A stretch of DNA of 41,370 nucleotides from contig NC_068983.1 of NCBI RefSeq assembly GCF_001194135.2, forward strand, positions 15,202,042 to 15,243,411, given 5' to 3'. Source of the DNA: Octopus bimaculoides (Eukaryota). The first letter of the stretch is position 1; every line of letters begins with the position of its first letter. A program made the translations under genes and the position numbers. Below, in pieces: positions 1 through 12,351 of the stretch. Under the pieces are notes generated by a model. It searched no databases. It was not told where the DNA came from and saw only the letters and a list, made by a program, of their open reading frames with translations.

Positions 1-231
1 GGTGTTAATTTTCATGTTGTCACTGGTGCTAGTAGATGGAGAGACTGTAGTAGCAGTCTCCTCCGATCCAGATTTCCTCATAGTTTTCATGGTGGTGGTG
101 GTGAGAGGGCTGTTTGTAGCTGTAATCGCCGTGTTTGTGAGGATTACAGCAGCTGCGTTCCTATCACTGAGTGAGCACGCGCTACTCTGTTCTTTTTTTC
201 TTCTAGCATCTGAAGCCTCGGGAAATGCTCG
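1..231 (-). other. Open Ser/Thr-rich reading frame running off the left edge (possible LINE ORF1 start or host exon)
   Basis: Hand translation gives 77 stop-free codons, RAFPEASDARRKKEQSSACSLSDRNAAAVILTNTAITATNSPLTTTTMKTMRKSGSEETATTVSPSTSTSDNMKINT, bounded upstream by TGA at 232-234. No domain recognised. Confidence 0.25.
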
Positions 232-480
232 TCAAAAGAACAAGACAAGCGTTCCAAAATTATGTTTCTCGACATTTTTCAAATGTCAAGAAGGAAATTT
301 TTGTATTTTTCTAGGGCCGAAACTGCCCCTGGGGGTCAATTCCTGCCCTTGAAAATACATACAAATGAAGCCTAGGTGCTTCGCAACAGAATTATTAAAA
401 ATTCCAACAAAATGTGGACAATAAAAGGTCAACTAATACGTTTACCTTCGCAGCCGATGTGACAGCACGTCCGTGAGAAG

Positions 481-554
<74 letters not shown>
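481..554. repeat. (GATA)n microsatellite
   Basis: Direct tandem GATA run. Confidence 0.98.
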
Positions 555-817
555 TGGCCGAAAACAAAATAGACTGTGGTTATATTTGTAAAGGAAGCGA
601 AGGTGAGAAATGTTATATCAATAAGTGGCATTTATCAGGGTTACTAAAAAGATAAGTTACTAAAAAGATAAGTTACAGTTCGCGATGTAAACGAAAGGCG
701 ATTGATCTTTGATCAGACTGACATTACAAACAATCTCTTACTGGTTTTCCAACATTTGGCATATCACATAGTAAGGATTTATATAGTAAGCGAGGACCTT
801 TGTGGTCCAAGTAAATC

Positions 818-1911
818 GCCTAGATGGAGTGGGGAGTTAAGTCAGTGAAATATTTTGAATGAAGAAATGTGTTGTCACGGGAGACATACTTTGGTTGGGA
901 GTAGAGAAAATTCAAAGACCGGAAAATCACGGCGATTGTGATCATGTCTGAAGAAAGCGAGATGGCATTTAGGAAATATGTGGTGTACGGATGATAAAAT
1001 TGCTGATTGTGGGCAGAGATTAGAAAAAGAAAGGTGGTGAGGTGTATTTGAGTGTTGTTTACTGTAGAAGAGGTTATTGATAAGTTGCCAAAGTGCTTTA
1101 GCTTTGTACGGGTTAGTCTATCACCTCACCGTAGTACTATCCTAATGAACAGACTTAACGACAATGTCTGCCTTTGTCGAAGTCGGCGGAGTTCTGAGAA
1201 CGCCGTCTTAGAGATGTTGAAGTGTCGCAAAGGTTTCCAAAATTGAAACGGTCGAATACAATTTTTTTTAATCTTTAGAGAAGTGTAGTGCTTATGATCC
1301 TTTACAGGCCTTTGACATTGACAGAAAGGTGGGAAGAAGGAAGAAAATCATTCTCATGTTGGAGACATGGTCCGAAAGCTTGCAACAGATTGGATTCCGA
1401 TAAACGCAATCAAAGGCCAGGTTGTGGTGCTATGCCGAGTGTCGGATGAATCAACCACCCAAAAAGGCTACGACTGGATTTCAACTTAGAAAGCAAAGAG
1501 CCAAAACATATTTATTCCGGCGCCAGGTATATCATTCGACGCTTTTACTTTTCCACCTGTCCACCAACTTTGATTTGTAATTTATTTATTGACCCCAGAA
1601 GAATGGAACGCAAATTTGACCTGGCAGGATTTGAAATCAGAACGGAAGATGCCGATATAAATACCGTAAGGTATTTCGTCCAACTCTCTAAGGATTCCGC
1701 CACTTTGCTGCCTTCATGTGAAGGTACAAACTGGTAAGTAGATTCAGTTCCTTGAACTATGCTGAAGTGGGCGTTCATTGTGAAGGACGTCAGTGAAGAT
1801 CAGTGAAGTAGCCTTTGTCCCTGAGCCCAGATGATAAGTGGTTGAAAATGCACATAGCGTAGTGCATCGAAGGAACCGCTTGATGTCCGGGTTTGAATCT
1901 TTTCGATAGAT
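818..1911 (-). mobile_element. Highly decayed L2/CR1-type LINE ORF2 relic (APE endonuclease region and downstream linker)
   Basis: Minus-strand motifs occur in the order expected for an APE domain: IYR (about 1903-1911), MNAH resembling GDFNAH (about 1770), HHNLAF then LSDH (1367-1378), then YYGEVI / TNPYKAKALWQLINNLF (about 1075-1135), which resembles the LINE NPKKLWxxINxL segment. Many stops and frameshifts; interrupted by a SINE. Confidence 0.4.
1578..1715 (-). mobile_element. Degraded Meta/MESC-like tRNA-SINE
   Basis: Alignable by eye to the better copies at 24450-24896 and 29643-29874 (GATTTGAAATCAGAAC B-box region; ATTGACCCCAGAAGAATGGAACGCAAATTTGACC body). Confidence 0.6.
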
Positions 1912-2084
1912 CGGTGAGGGATATTTAGCAGGGTTCTCTACCGGGTTTGAAATAGTCAGTATGGGATGTCACACAGGCACTTTCTTGTTACTCTTACCAT
2001 CGGAAATGCAGTGACCCAGGAATGAGCTAATATTAATCCCTGTAACCAATATTAATCACGGCGTTTTGTGATTAATTTTCTTTA

Positions 2085-2283
2085 CCTGAAGAAAATTCTA
2101 ACTGGGCTCCACCTGCGAGGTCATGCGCTGTTTATTTTGATATGAGATCCCCATGTTACGCACATATGGTTGTGATGCATGTGCCTGATGTACCCTTATC
2201 AGACAGGTAGTCATGATGGGTATATTGGGCTTCGTATATTTTAACCCAGTGTCACTTTGATGGCATGCACTGCTCTCTCACTC
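2085..2283 (+). mobile_element. Probable 3' end of a non-LTR retroelement terminating in (AAT)n
   Basis: A non-simple segment ends abruptly at CTCTCTCACTC and is followed directly by a long (AAT)n run. It resembles an octopus interspersed repeat I recall; single copy in this window. Confidence 0.35.
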
Positions 2284-2348
<65 letters not shown>

Positions 2349-2376
2349 TAATAACAATAATAATAATAATAATAAT
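2284..2376. repeat. (AAT)n microsatellite
   Basis: Direct tandem run with a few variant units. Confidence 0.97.
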
Positions 2377-2605
2377 TTCTATTATAGGTAACAAGGCCTG
2401 ATACTTTGGGAGTAGGGGTCTAGTTGATTACATNNNNNNNNNNNNNNNNNNNNNNNNNNNNNNNNNNNNNNNNNNNNNNNNNNNNNNNAAGACAAAGTGA
2501 ACCGCTTCCGATACTTGAACACAAAACGTTAAGAACCAGAGCAAATATTGCTAAGCATTTTGTTATTTTGTTTGTGGCTTAAACGACTCTACCAATCCAC
2601 AATAG

Positions 2606-2714
<109 letters not shown>

Positions 2715-3037
2715 CAATCTTCAAGATCATAATCAAATTTTCGAAAGGTAACCGTCTTTGAATATGTCTCCCGAGCATAGCACATGAAGTGGCTTGTAAT
2801 TAGCTTTGACACACGTGCGCCCGCGCGCTCCTATCTTATATAATTTACTGAATGATGAGGTGAGGTGGGAGGAGATAGACGATGGCAGTAGCAATATTCA
2901 GAGTAATTTCTTCAACACGTGGGAACGAAGCCAGTTTATAAATTGACAAATGGACAAATTATCATCATCAAAATAAACTGTAGCCATTCTCACATTTTCT
3001 TTTATTCTCCCTCTCTCTTCCTCTCTTACTCTCTCAT

Positions 3038-3039
<2 letters not shown>

Positions 3040-3091
<52 letters not shown>

Positions 3092-3198
3092 GGCGCGCGC
3101 GCGTATATGTGTGTTATAACATCTCCCTTCACTCTTTTTCGTCGTTATCTATTTTTCGATGATTTTTATATTTCATTTTGTTTTAATTATTATTATTA

Positions 3199-3259
<61 letters not shown>

Positions 3260-3269
3260 CATCATCATT

Positions 3270-3307
<38 letters not shown>

Positions 3308-3406
3308 TATTATTACCATTATTATTATTATTATTATCCTTCTTCTTCTTNNNNNNNNNNTATTCATCTTCTTCGTCTTCTTCTTCTTCTTCTTATTATT
3401 ATTATT

Positions 3407-3462
<56 letters not shown>

Positions 3463-3463
3463 T

Positions 3464-3513
<50 letters not shown>

Positions 3514-4560
3514 GATTATCATCATTATAATTTTGTATTCATTAGTTTCCTTTACCCTAACTTATTTTCATTTTCTCGTTATCTACTTTATTTTATTATT
3601 ATTATTATTTTCTTTCTTTTTTCTTTTTGCCGTGTTTGCTCTCCTACAATTTCTGCCATTTTCCTTCGTGATCACCACTGCCCCCATCACCACCATCGCC
3701 ACCACCTGCCATTATCATCATCATCATCGTCGTCGTTCCTGTCATCACCGTCATCACTGCAATTATCGTCCTTACCATCACTATCCCTATCATTATCATC
3801 GTCGACATCGTCATCATCATCATCTACATGATCATCATCGGTACCATTATTAACGTCATCATCATCGGCGCAGCAGCATTGTCATCATTATCATCATCGT
3901 CATCATTATCATCGTCATCATCATCATCGTCATCGTCGTCATCATCATCATCATCGTCATCGTCGTCATCATCATCGTCATCATCAACATCATTATCATC
4001 ATCGTCATCATCATCATCATCATCATCATCATNNNNNNNNNNNNNNNNNNNNNNNNNNNNNNNNNNNNNNNNNNNNNNNNNNNNNNNNNNNNNNNNNNNN
4101 NNNNNNNNNNNNNNNNNNNNNNNNNNNNNNNNGTGTGTGTGTGTGTGTGTATGTGTGTATGTGTGTGTGTGTGTGTGTGTAAACATAAAAGTGATTTTTA
4201 TGTTCTTCCAGACACTTCTATGGAACCTTTTTGCGTCATTTTGAGGTTTTGTGTTTTTTTTCTCTTTTTCTCTTTTTTTTTTCCTGTTTTAGTTTTTTTT
4301 TTTTGTCCCTCATTATTTTCTATCTTTTTTTTTTGTTTCTATATTTCTTCTTTCGTTCTTTCTCTTTTCGTATCACGATTCGCTTCAAGCTTATTTAATA
4401 AAGTTCGATAGCAATGGATTTTCTTCTTCTTCTTCTTCTTCTTCTTCTCCTTCTTCTTCTTCTTCTTCTTCTTCTTCTTCTGTTGTCCTTTTCTTCTTCT
4501 TCTTCTTCTCCTTCTTCTTCTTCTTCTTCTTCTTCTTCTTCTTCTTCTTCTTCTTCTTTC
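3040..4560. repeat. Dense microsatellite field: (CT)n, (ATT)n/(ATC)n/(GTC)n, (GT)n, (CTT)n
   Basis: Direct inspection; this field accounts for the poly-I/H/S/D/R ORFs in the track. Confidence 0.95.
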
Positions 4561-4925
4561 TGACATACGTATGAGTCTCACATCTGACGTAATTACAACC
4601 GCTGTGAAAATTACAAATGGCACACTGACTTGAGTTCTGGTGATGATAAAATTAGTTCGATAGACTCCTGCCGTCGACCAAAGAATTTATTAAACTTCAC
4701 TTAAATCTCTGATTGCAGTTGTAATGGAATATCATTTTCGGTTCAGTGATATTATTTCTAAATGTTGATGTTTTGTATTCACACAATTAGTAAAAGTTTC
4801 TTCTTTATAAATGCCCATTCACCGCATACTAATACTATAATTCCTAGTTACCGCCATACTGTACTTTCATGATGACTATAATTGCAGTCTAAATGTGAAG
4901 TAATATTAATCTGAACTGCAGTTAG

Positions 4926-5560
4926 AGTCGTACTCAATGTTCCGAGTGGCACGTGTGCTTCAAAAGGAGAAGAAGGTCCCTGGAAGACCTTGAGCGATCT
5001 GGAAGACCTTGAGCGATCTGGAAGACCTTGAGCGATCTGGAAGACCTTGAGCCATCTGGAAGACATGCCACGAAAGTCATCTCCGGAAATGTCGTATTGT
5101 GTATCGAGAATTCGTCTCCCAGTGGAGAGTTCTACTGCGACGTTTTGAAACGTTTGAGGGAGGACATCCGACGAAAGCGACCGGATCTGTGGGGCACGAA
5201 GAATTGGGTTCTTCATAATGGCAATGCACCCTGTCACCGAGCTTTCCTCGCTCGTGAGTGTCTCGCCAAAAGCAATATGGTATCGCTTCCGCACCCGTCC
5301 TATTCACCAGATTTAGCACATGTGGACGTCCATCTCTTCCCCAAGATGAAAATGCAGCTCAAATGTCGCCATTTTAACACCATTGTCGAAATCCTGAGCG
5401 AATCGAAGAAGATCCTCGACTCGCCAACGGAAAATGACTTCCAGGCTAAATTTCAAAAGTGATAGGAACGTGGGACTGGAGAATTGCTGCACAAGGTGAC
5501 TATTTCGAAGGGGACGGTGTTAAAACATTGCTAAATAAGTTATTTTTTATTAAACATAGT
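4926..5560 (+). pseudogene. Mariner (D,D34D) transposase relic, internally deleted
   Basis: N-terminal SRTQCSEWHVCFKRRRRSLEDLERSGR (HTH and linker), then a jump to IVYREFV / EFYCDVLKRLREDIRRKRPDLW..WVLHNGNAPCH..LPHPSYSPDLAHVD..LFPKMKMQLK..GDYFEGD. There are 34 residues between the second catalytic position (mutated D to G) and the third D. Stops at 5460-5465. No TIRs found. Confidence 0.92.
4980..5064. repeat. 19-bp tandem repeat x4.5 inside the mariner relic
   Basis: Unit CTGGAAGACCTTGAGCGAT starts at 4980, 4999, 5018, 5037 (one mismatch) and partially at 5056. Confidence 0.97.
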
Positions 5561-7282
5561 TCACTTGAGACTACACAACAATAAATAAATAAAACATTTC
5601 TAGTAAAACGATAGCTGGTAGAATCGAGAGCGTGTTGGAAATATAGCTAGACATACGTACGTACTTATATTCTGTGTTCAAATCTGGCTGCCTTGATATA
5701 ACCATTCATTCTCTAAGACCAGGAAAATATTTCTATCCGAATACTGGCGTAGTTTAAAGCTATCTTGTGTGTAGAAAACATTATTATAGACACTAGTATA
5801 GACACGCATATGTATGTAATGCTGAAACCAAACTTTCCAGCACAAGAAATAATTCATATATATAAAGGATTTTAAATGATCTGAATAAGAAAAGCGAAAA
5901 ATGTTGTCTAGCTCAAGGTCTTTGATGTATTAAACATCCCATACGTTAATCTACTTAGCACACTGAAATACCAGCTTTGTTACACGTATTAAAATACATA
6001 TAAAGAGACATTAATGAATTGGAACCAGAAGCACGTACGTTTCTAACTAGAACGTTCTTACAAAGTTGAGCTTCATTATATTAAAAAAAAAGCCGGGACC
6101 CTGTACACGTGCATTTCTAATTGAAACGTTCCGGCAAAGCTAAAATTATATTGCTCTTGTCATCCGGGATTGAACCCAGAACTGCAATCGAACTAAATGT
6201 AGTTTAAAATATATACAGTGCGGTGGAGAAAGCCTGAAAAGTAACAGGACGAAATGAAATCGTCTTATATTTAGTCATAATCATTCGACGTTGTCAATGG
6301 CTTAACACAAAGAACTAAAGTCACACGCAAGAAAAGAAAAAAACTGATAATAAAATAATTTAAGACAAACATACGTGATGTGAGTGATAAAATTTCTCCA
6401 GATAACAATAAATATTTCATGTGTAAAGTGTTTTGAAATAACTCAATGAAAAAAAAAACCTGTCATCTGGTTCCGAGTATTCATATTTATTAAACACCTC
6501 GAGCTTAAATTTAATTAACACACAGAAATAAGGGTTTTGTTATACATATTAAAATTTCATATAGCCAGACATTAAAGTAATGTGCTTAAAGATGCACGTG
6601 CATTTCAAATAGTAACATATATATATATATATATATANNNNNNNNNNNNNNNNNNNNNNNNNNNNNNNNNNNNNNNNNNNNNNNNNNNNNNNNNNNNNNN
6701 NNNNNNNNNNNNNNNNNNNNNNNNNNNNNNNNNNNNNNNNNNNNNNNNNNNNNNNNNNNNNNNNNNNNNNNNNNNNNNNNNNNNNNNNNNNNNNNNNNNN
6801 NNNNNNNNNNNNNNNNNNNNNNNNNNNNNNNNNNNNNNNNNNNNNNNNNNNNNNNNNNNNNNNNNNNNNNNNNNNNNNNNNNNNNNNNNNNNNNNNNNNN
6901 NNNNNNNNNNNNNNNNNNNNNNNNNNNNNNNNNNNNNNNNNNNNNNNNNNNNNNNNNNNNNNNNNNNNNNNNNNNNNNNNNNNNNNNNNNNNNNNNNNNN
7001 NNNNNNNNNNNNNNNNNNNNNNNNNNNNNNNNNNNNNNNNNNNNNNNNNNNNNNNNNNNNNNNNNNNNNNNNNNNNNNNNNNNNNNNNNNNNNNNNNNNN
7101 NNNNNNNNNNNNNNNNNNNNNNNNNNNNNNNNNNNNNNNNNNNNNNNNNNNNNNNNNNNNNNNNNNNNNNNNNNNNNNNNNNNNNNNNNNNNNNNNNNNN
7201 NNNNNNNNNNNNNNNNNNNNNNNNNNNNNNNNNNNNNNNNNNNNNNNNNNNNNNNNNNNNNNNNNNNNNNNNNNNNNNNNNN

Positions 7283-7328
<46 letters not shown>

Positions 7329-8336
7329 GCACATGAATAATATAATCAATATTTATTTATTTTATTTTAATCCCAATTGACATTTTTAAATGTGATTATT
7401 TCTTCTTGGCGAATTCATTTCACACTAATTAACTTTCTTGTATGATTTGGTTTATTTAAACTTGTTTTTAAAATTTTGCCTGACATTTTATATTCTAATA
7501 AGGATTTACTACATTTGTGAAAGGCCACGAAGTTTGTAAGAAGAGGAAGCATAACAGCCAATTAAATGTAAAATGTATTAGAAGAAATAATTAAGAAAAC
7601 CAACAATTACGTGGTCGGATAACATCGAGAATTAAATAGACTTAAAATATAGTTAATGTATAAGGACATCATAAGAAAGACCACAATGGCGATTCGTGAC
7701 ATTCAACCTGCTTGAAAGCAGATGATACCAGATGGTAATGTTAAGTACTTCATTGTTACTTGATTTATCGATTCTGGAGAGATGAAAGGCGAAGATGATC
7801 CGGGATAAGATTAAGCAGGGAAAGTAAGAATCTTTGCTGGGTTTTTAAGACTTGGCCTAAATTATTGGAAAAGAATGGTCTCTGTTAAAGATACCCATAT
7901 GGTATTGTTAAACGGAAAAATGGATTAAGTCAAACACCCAGGGGGATTGCACATAGATTTGAACTCAGAGTGTAAAGAAACGGGACAAATACCACAGAGA
8001 AACCGGTCCGATGTTCTTACAGCTCCACCAATCCTCCGCCGCCTTGGAGCGGCACATTTTTATTTACCCCGCAATGATGAAAGATTGACTTTTACGTGAT
8101 TTGATCCCAGGGTGCAAAAAATCAGAATAAATACAAGTTATTCTATCCGACTTTCTAATGACTTTACTAATCTGAACATAAAACGAAACGCAATAAATAA
8201 CACAAGGAATGTTGTTCTGATGCTCTACCGATTGTCGACGGTGATTGGTTTATTGGTCGGATTTTCTGATTCTGCCGTCTTTCACAAAAATGTCGCAAGC
8301 CAAGGAGGGGGGCTGTACGTCTTTGCTCTATCTTCC

Positions 8337-8510
8337 AGAAATAGCTGACAAACCTCCCTCAAACCACACCATAATGGCTTTGTAAAAGGACGCGGTGGAT
8401 AATGTGGTCTTGGTTTCATTGCCTATCGAAAGAAAGTCGAGATGACCACGGCCAGTATTCCTTTGATCATTGATCTCGATCAGGATTGACCTGGAGTTAA
8501 ACAACAAGAC
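8337..8510 (+). mobile_element. Old interspersed repeat ending in ..GACCTGGAGTTAAACAACAA (SINE/LINE 3' part)
   Basis: Similar reverse-oriented copies at about 12365-12545 and 37855-37990 share AGAAATAGC..CCTCAAA.CACACC and CTTTGATCAT..GATCAGG..GACCTGG. Confidence 0.55.
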
Positions 8511-8656
8511 ACTCCCATATTAGACCAGGTTCACAAGCTAAGAACAGTGCTCTTTTTTTTTTTTTTCAAAAAGCAAAATAAAAAAATGTCCCTTGACACA
8601 TTTGGTTGTACCCAGATTTGACTTAGAGCCTTATTCGTCTAATATTTGGCAAACAT

Positions 8657-8790
8657 TCCATTGGAAACAGATCGTTTCTATAATCTACTGAGAGCCTGAT
8701 CGAATCTAGACTCCACTGAGAGATGGATCGATCCTAGACTCCATTGAGAGTTCGAATCGATCCAACACTCCACTGAGATTTGGATCCATC
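8657..8790. repeat. Degenerate 28-bp minisatellite (about 4-5 units)
   Basis: Units start at 8684, 8712, 8740 and 8769 (TC(C/T)A(C/T)TGAGA..GATCG..CTAGAC), with a weaker unit at 8657. Confidence 0.75.
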
Positions 8791-9446
8791 TTATTACTTG
8801 ATTTACGGTAGAATACGCCGTCACATGACCGATAACTGAATACATACTAGCCTTGACAAAACATTTAATGTACAAATAACACACGAGAAATATAATCTAT
8901 AGAGGGAAACCAACAGGGAAATATAAATCTATACAATTATATAAATAATTTAGTTTAACTGTCTAATGTGAGGAAGAAAGCAAACGAATAGTTTTTCTTT
9001 TTTAAATCGGAAATAAAGTTCGATGCGTTGTCCGGGAAGGCAAATCTAATCGTTACGCCACTAACGCTGTTGTCACCGGAACGAAATTTATATACATTTT
9101 GCGATGCACACTTTATGTAGAATAAGTATTCAGTTGATTATTTTTTAACCAATGCTTGCTTAACATCATCCTGTATTAAGTGTTTCGGGCTTTAGACCCC
9201 CTACTTATTGTTGATATTCATACTCAGCGTTATTACATTCCTTCTATTTCCATAGATATTGATCACTCTTAGTTTGCCGACTCAGTAGAAAGAATATGAT
9301 TTACTAATGTCTTCTTAAACCACGAAAAAATGTCCGTTGCGTTTGTAAGCTGGCTTTAGACACATGGGAGTCGATCTGGTCTCTAAAGCCAACTTATAAA
9401 CGCAATGGACATTTTCCGGTTGTATAAAAAGACGTCAATGAAGCAT

Positions 9447-9491
<45 letters not shown>

Positions 9492-10103
9492 NNNNNNNNN
9501 NNNNNNNNNNNNNNNNNNNNNNNNNNNNNNNNNNNNNNNNNNNNNNNNNNNNNNNNNNNNNNNNNNNNNNNNNNNNNNNNNNNNNNNNNNNNNNNNNNNN
9601 NNNNNNNNNNNNNNNNNNNNNNNNNNNNNNNNNNNNNNNNNNNNNNNNNNNNNNNNNNNNNNNNNNNNNNNNNNNNNNNNNNNNNNNNNNNNNNNNNNNN
9701 NNNNNNNNNNNNNNNNNNNNNNNNNNNNNNNNNNNNNNNNNNNNNNNNNNNNNNNNNNNNNNNNNNNNNNNNNNNNNNNNNNNNNNNNNNNNNNNNNNNN
9801 NNNNNNNNNNNNNNNNNNNNNNNNNNNNNNNNNNNNNNNNNNNNNNNNNNNNNNNNNNNNNNNNNNNNNNNNNNNNNNNNNNNNNNNNNNNNNNNNNNNN
9901 NNNNNNNNNNNNNNNNNNNNNNNNTATATTGTATATTATATTATATATTGTATATTCCATATTCTATACCCCACATTAGTTCTGCAGGAATATAAATAAA
10001 ACATAAAAAACAGACAGTGTTGGAACTCTTTTAAGCAAAATAATATATTCCTCTATACACAATCATACAAAAAAATCCACCTTTTTTTGTATTTATTTTT
10101 ACT

Positions 10104-10143
<40 letters not shown>

Positions 10144-10483
10144 AATTATGGTAAGAATGGATACATAAGGGTGGAAGACCAAGGGAACAATACCGTATAT
10201 CCAACGCAAGATTTAATATATATGTGTGTTCAAATCATTCTAGAATCAATAAATATAGTTTTAAGTCTGTAAAATGTCTAAAACAGTAGGATAAGATAAA
10301 AATAAAGTATACAGGCATATACAAGGACATAAACTTCAGAAATATTATGAATGTTTAAAATATTCATTTAAAAATATTTATAAACATCCACAGTTTCCAA
10401 GTTGTATAAAAATATTTAACAATTTAAGACTATACATTACGATATATAAACGTACAGTATGATTTAACATAAAGTGGGTAAAG

Positions 10484-11180
10484 TTAACAGTTTTCCTCGG
10501 ACTCCAGTGTTGGACAGTTTCTTTAACAGGATGCAGTGGTCAACCCTGTCAAAGGCTTTGCTGAAGTCAAGATATATGACATCTGATTTGGATCCCTCTC
10601 CCATGGCCTTTAAGATGTCACTGAAATGATGTAAGAGCCGTGTTAAGCAGTCCCTGCCATTGTTTGAGAATAATCAGGCTGTTAGATTCCAAGAAGTGAC
10701 TTACTCGAGATCTCTTAATAATTTGATGATATGAGAGGTAAGTGAGATTTGTTGTTGTTGTTGTTGTTGGCACTCCGTCGCTTACGACGACGAGGGTTCC
10801 AGTTGATCCGATCAACGGAACAGCCTGCTCGTGAAATTAACGTGCAAGTGGCTGAGCACTCCACAGACACGTGTACTCTTAACGTAGTTCTTGGGAATAT
10901 TCAGCGTGACACAGTGTGACAAGGCTGGCCCTTTGAATTACAGGCACAACAGAAACAGGAAGAAAGAGTGAGAGAAAGTTGTGGTGAAAGAGTACAGCAG
11001 GGTTCGCCACCATCCCCTGCCGGAGCCTCGTGAAGCTTTAGGTGTTTTCGCTCAATAAACACTCAAAACGCCCGGTCTGGGAATCGAAACCGCGATCCTA
11101 TGACCGCGAGTCCGTTGCCCTAACCACCGGGCCATTGCACCTCCACAGTTAAGTGAGATTGGTCAGTAGTTTAAGACCTA
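10484..11180 (-). pseudogene. CR1-clade LINE reverse transcriptase fragment, split by a SINE
   Basis: NY*PISLTSHIIKL..NNGRDCLTRLLHHFSDILKAMGEGSKSDVIYLDFSKAFDRVDHCILLKKLSNTGVRGKLL; YLDFSKAFDRV is the CR1-type RT motif. Confidence 0.93.
10750..11146 (-). mobile_element. Full-length tRNA-derived SINE with (CAA)n tail (octopus OR1-like, name from memory)
   Basis: A-box TGGCCCGGTGG and B-box GGTTTCGATTCCC on the minus strand; (AAC)n tail; 14-bp TSD AG(G/T)TAAGTGAGATT at 10736-10749 and 11147-11160; closely similar to 40266-40665. Confidence 0.93.
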
Positions 11181-12089
11181 AACTAATATTATTTTTTGTT
11201 TTATATTTAGAGAACTTTGTCAGCAGGTGGTTCCAAATTTGGATGCGAGCAAAATTTTCCCCGTAGCGTAAAGGATCCTCTCCCTTCTCTAGATGTTATA
11301 AATCTGTGCGCTTTTGTATATAATATACGTGTGTGTGTGTGTGTGTAAGAGTAGTGTAAGTCAGAAAAGACATCCATAAACCAGAAATTACTATTCTAAA
11401 TTTAGTTAAATTATCTTCTATGGGGATTTAAAGAGTTTACCAGTAAAACTTCAGAGAAAATAGCTCGAAATATCTGAAATTAATATTCTTTAAGCTTACA
11501 GTCATGTAAATGCAGTACCGAGGTAAATGTAATCTGACGATTTTGGCACAAATTATAAACCAGAACCGAATGATAGGAAATTAAATTCATAAAAATAAAA
11601 TAAATCTAAAAGCGTGGAAAAGAGAGGAAAATAAATATCAAAATAGTGTGTTTGTAGATGATTATAAACTAATAACATGTGTATACATTTCATCGGACGA
11701 CCTCGTCTTCCATTTTTGTACATTGAACTGAACGAAACAAAATCTAGAGATGACTGGGAGATCATTTGAATACATCTGATTTTAATGATAGCTTTATGAG
11801 GAGAAAAACAGAGTAAATAAGTTGTTGATGTCGTTTTTGTTCTTTCTTCTTTTCCACGTACAGGCTTAAAAGTTAATATTTTGGGGAGGGGAAGTAGTGG
11901 AGTGTATTATTATCCATTCCATGCTCCAGGCATTAGTGCCATAGGTACTTTTAAGCGGTAACTGTGAAATGGTCCTGCGAAGGTATTCAGATGTAGAATA
12001 AGCATCTTGCTCTAAAACACTCGACTCACGGAGAAGGAAATAAATGACCATCTATTATAATTCCATTTATATCTAGGTATCTTTCTAGG

Positions 12090-12235
12090 GAGATTAAATC
12101 GACAGTAGGACTTTTTGGGTACATTATTTTATCAACCTCGAAAGGAAGAAAGGTAAAGTTGATTTCGGTGGGATTCGAACTCACAATATAAAGGATTGCA
12201 GCTAAATACTGCAAGCATTTTGTCCGATGCTCTGT
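12090..12235 (-). mobile_element. Degraded Meta/MESC-like SINE
   Basis: TTTTATCAACCTCGAAAGGAAGAAAGGTAAAGTTGATTTCGGTGGGATTCGAACTC matches the family body and B-box. Confidence 0.65.
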
Positions 12236-12316
12236 CATTTTACAACACACTATTTTGTTGTGAGAAGACTCGAAGCCACACATTTAAAGAGTAAAGAAAT
12301 AATTATGGTATAAACG

Positions 12317-12351
<35 letters not shown>

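Noticed and set aside
2-352. 116-aa hydrophobic + strand ORF
   Set aside because: Non-ATG start and no recognisable domain; it looks like the antisense shadow of the open minus-strand frame.
641-677. 16-bp tandem duplication TTACTAAAAAGATAAG x2.3
   Set aside because: An ordinary local slippage duplication with no further structure.
8657-8790. CRISPR-like appearance of the 28-bp repeats
   Set aside because: The conserved part is only about 12 bp, the variable parts resemble each other rather than being unique spacers, the context is eukaryotic, and there are no cas genes.
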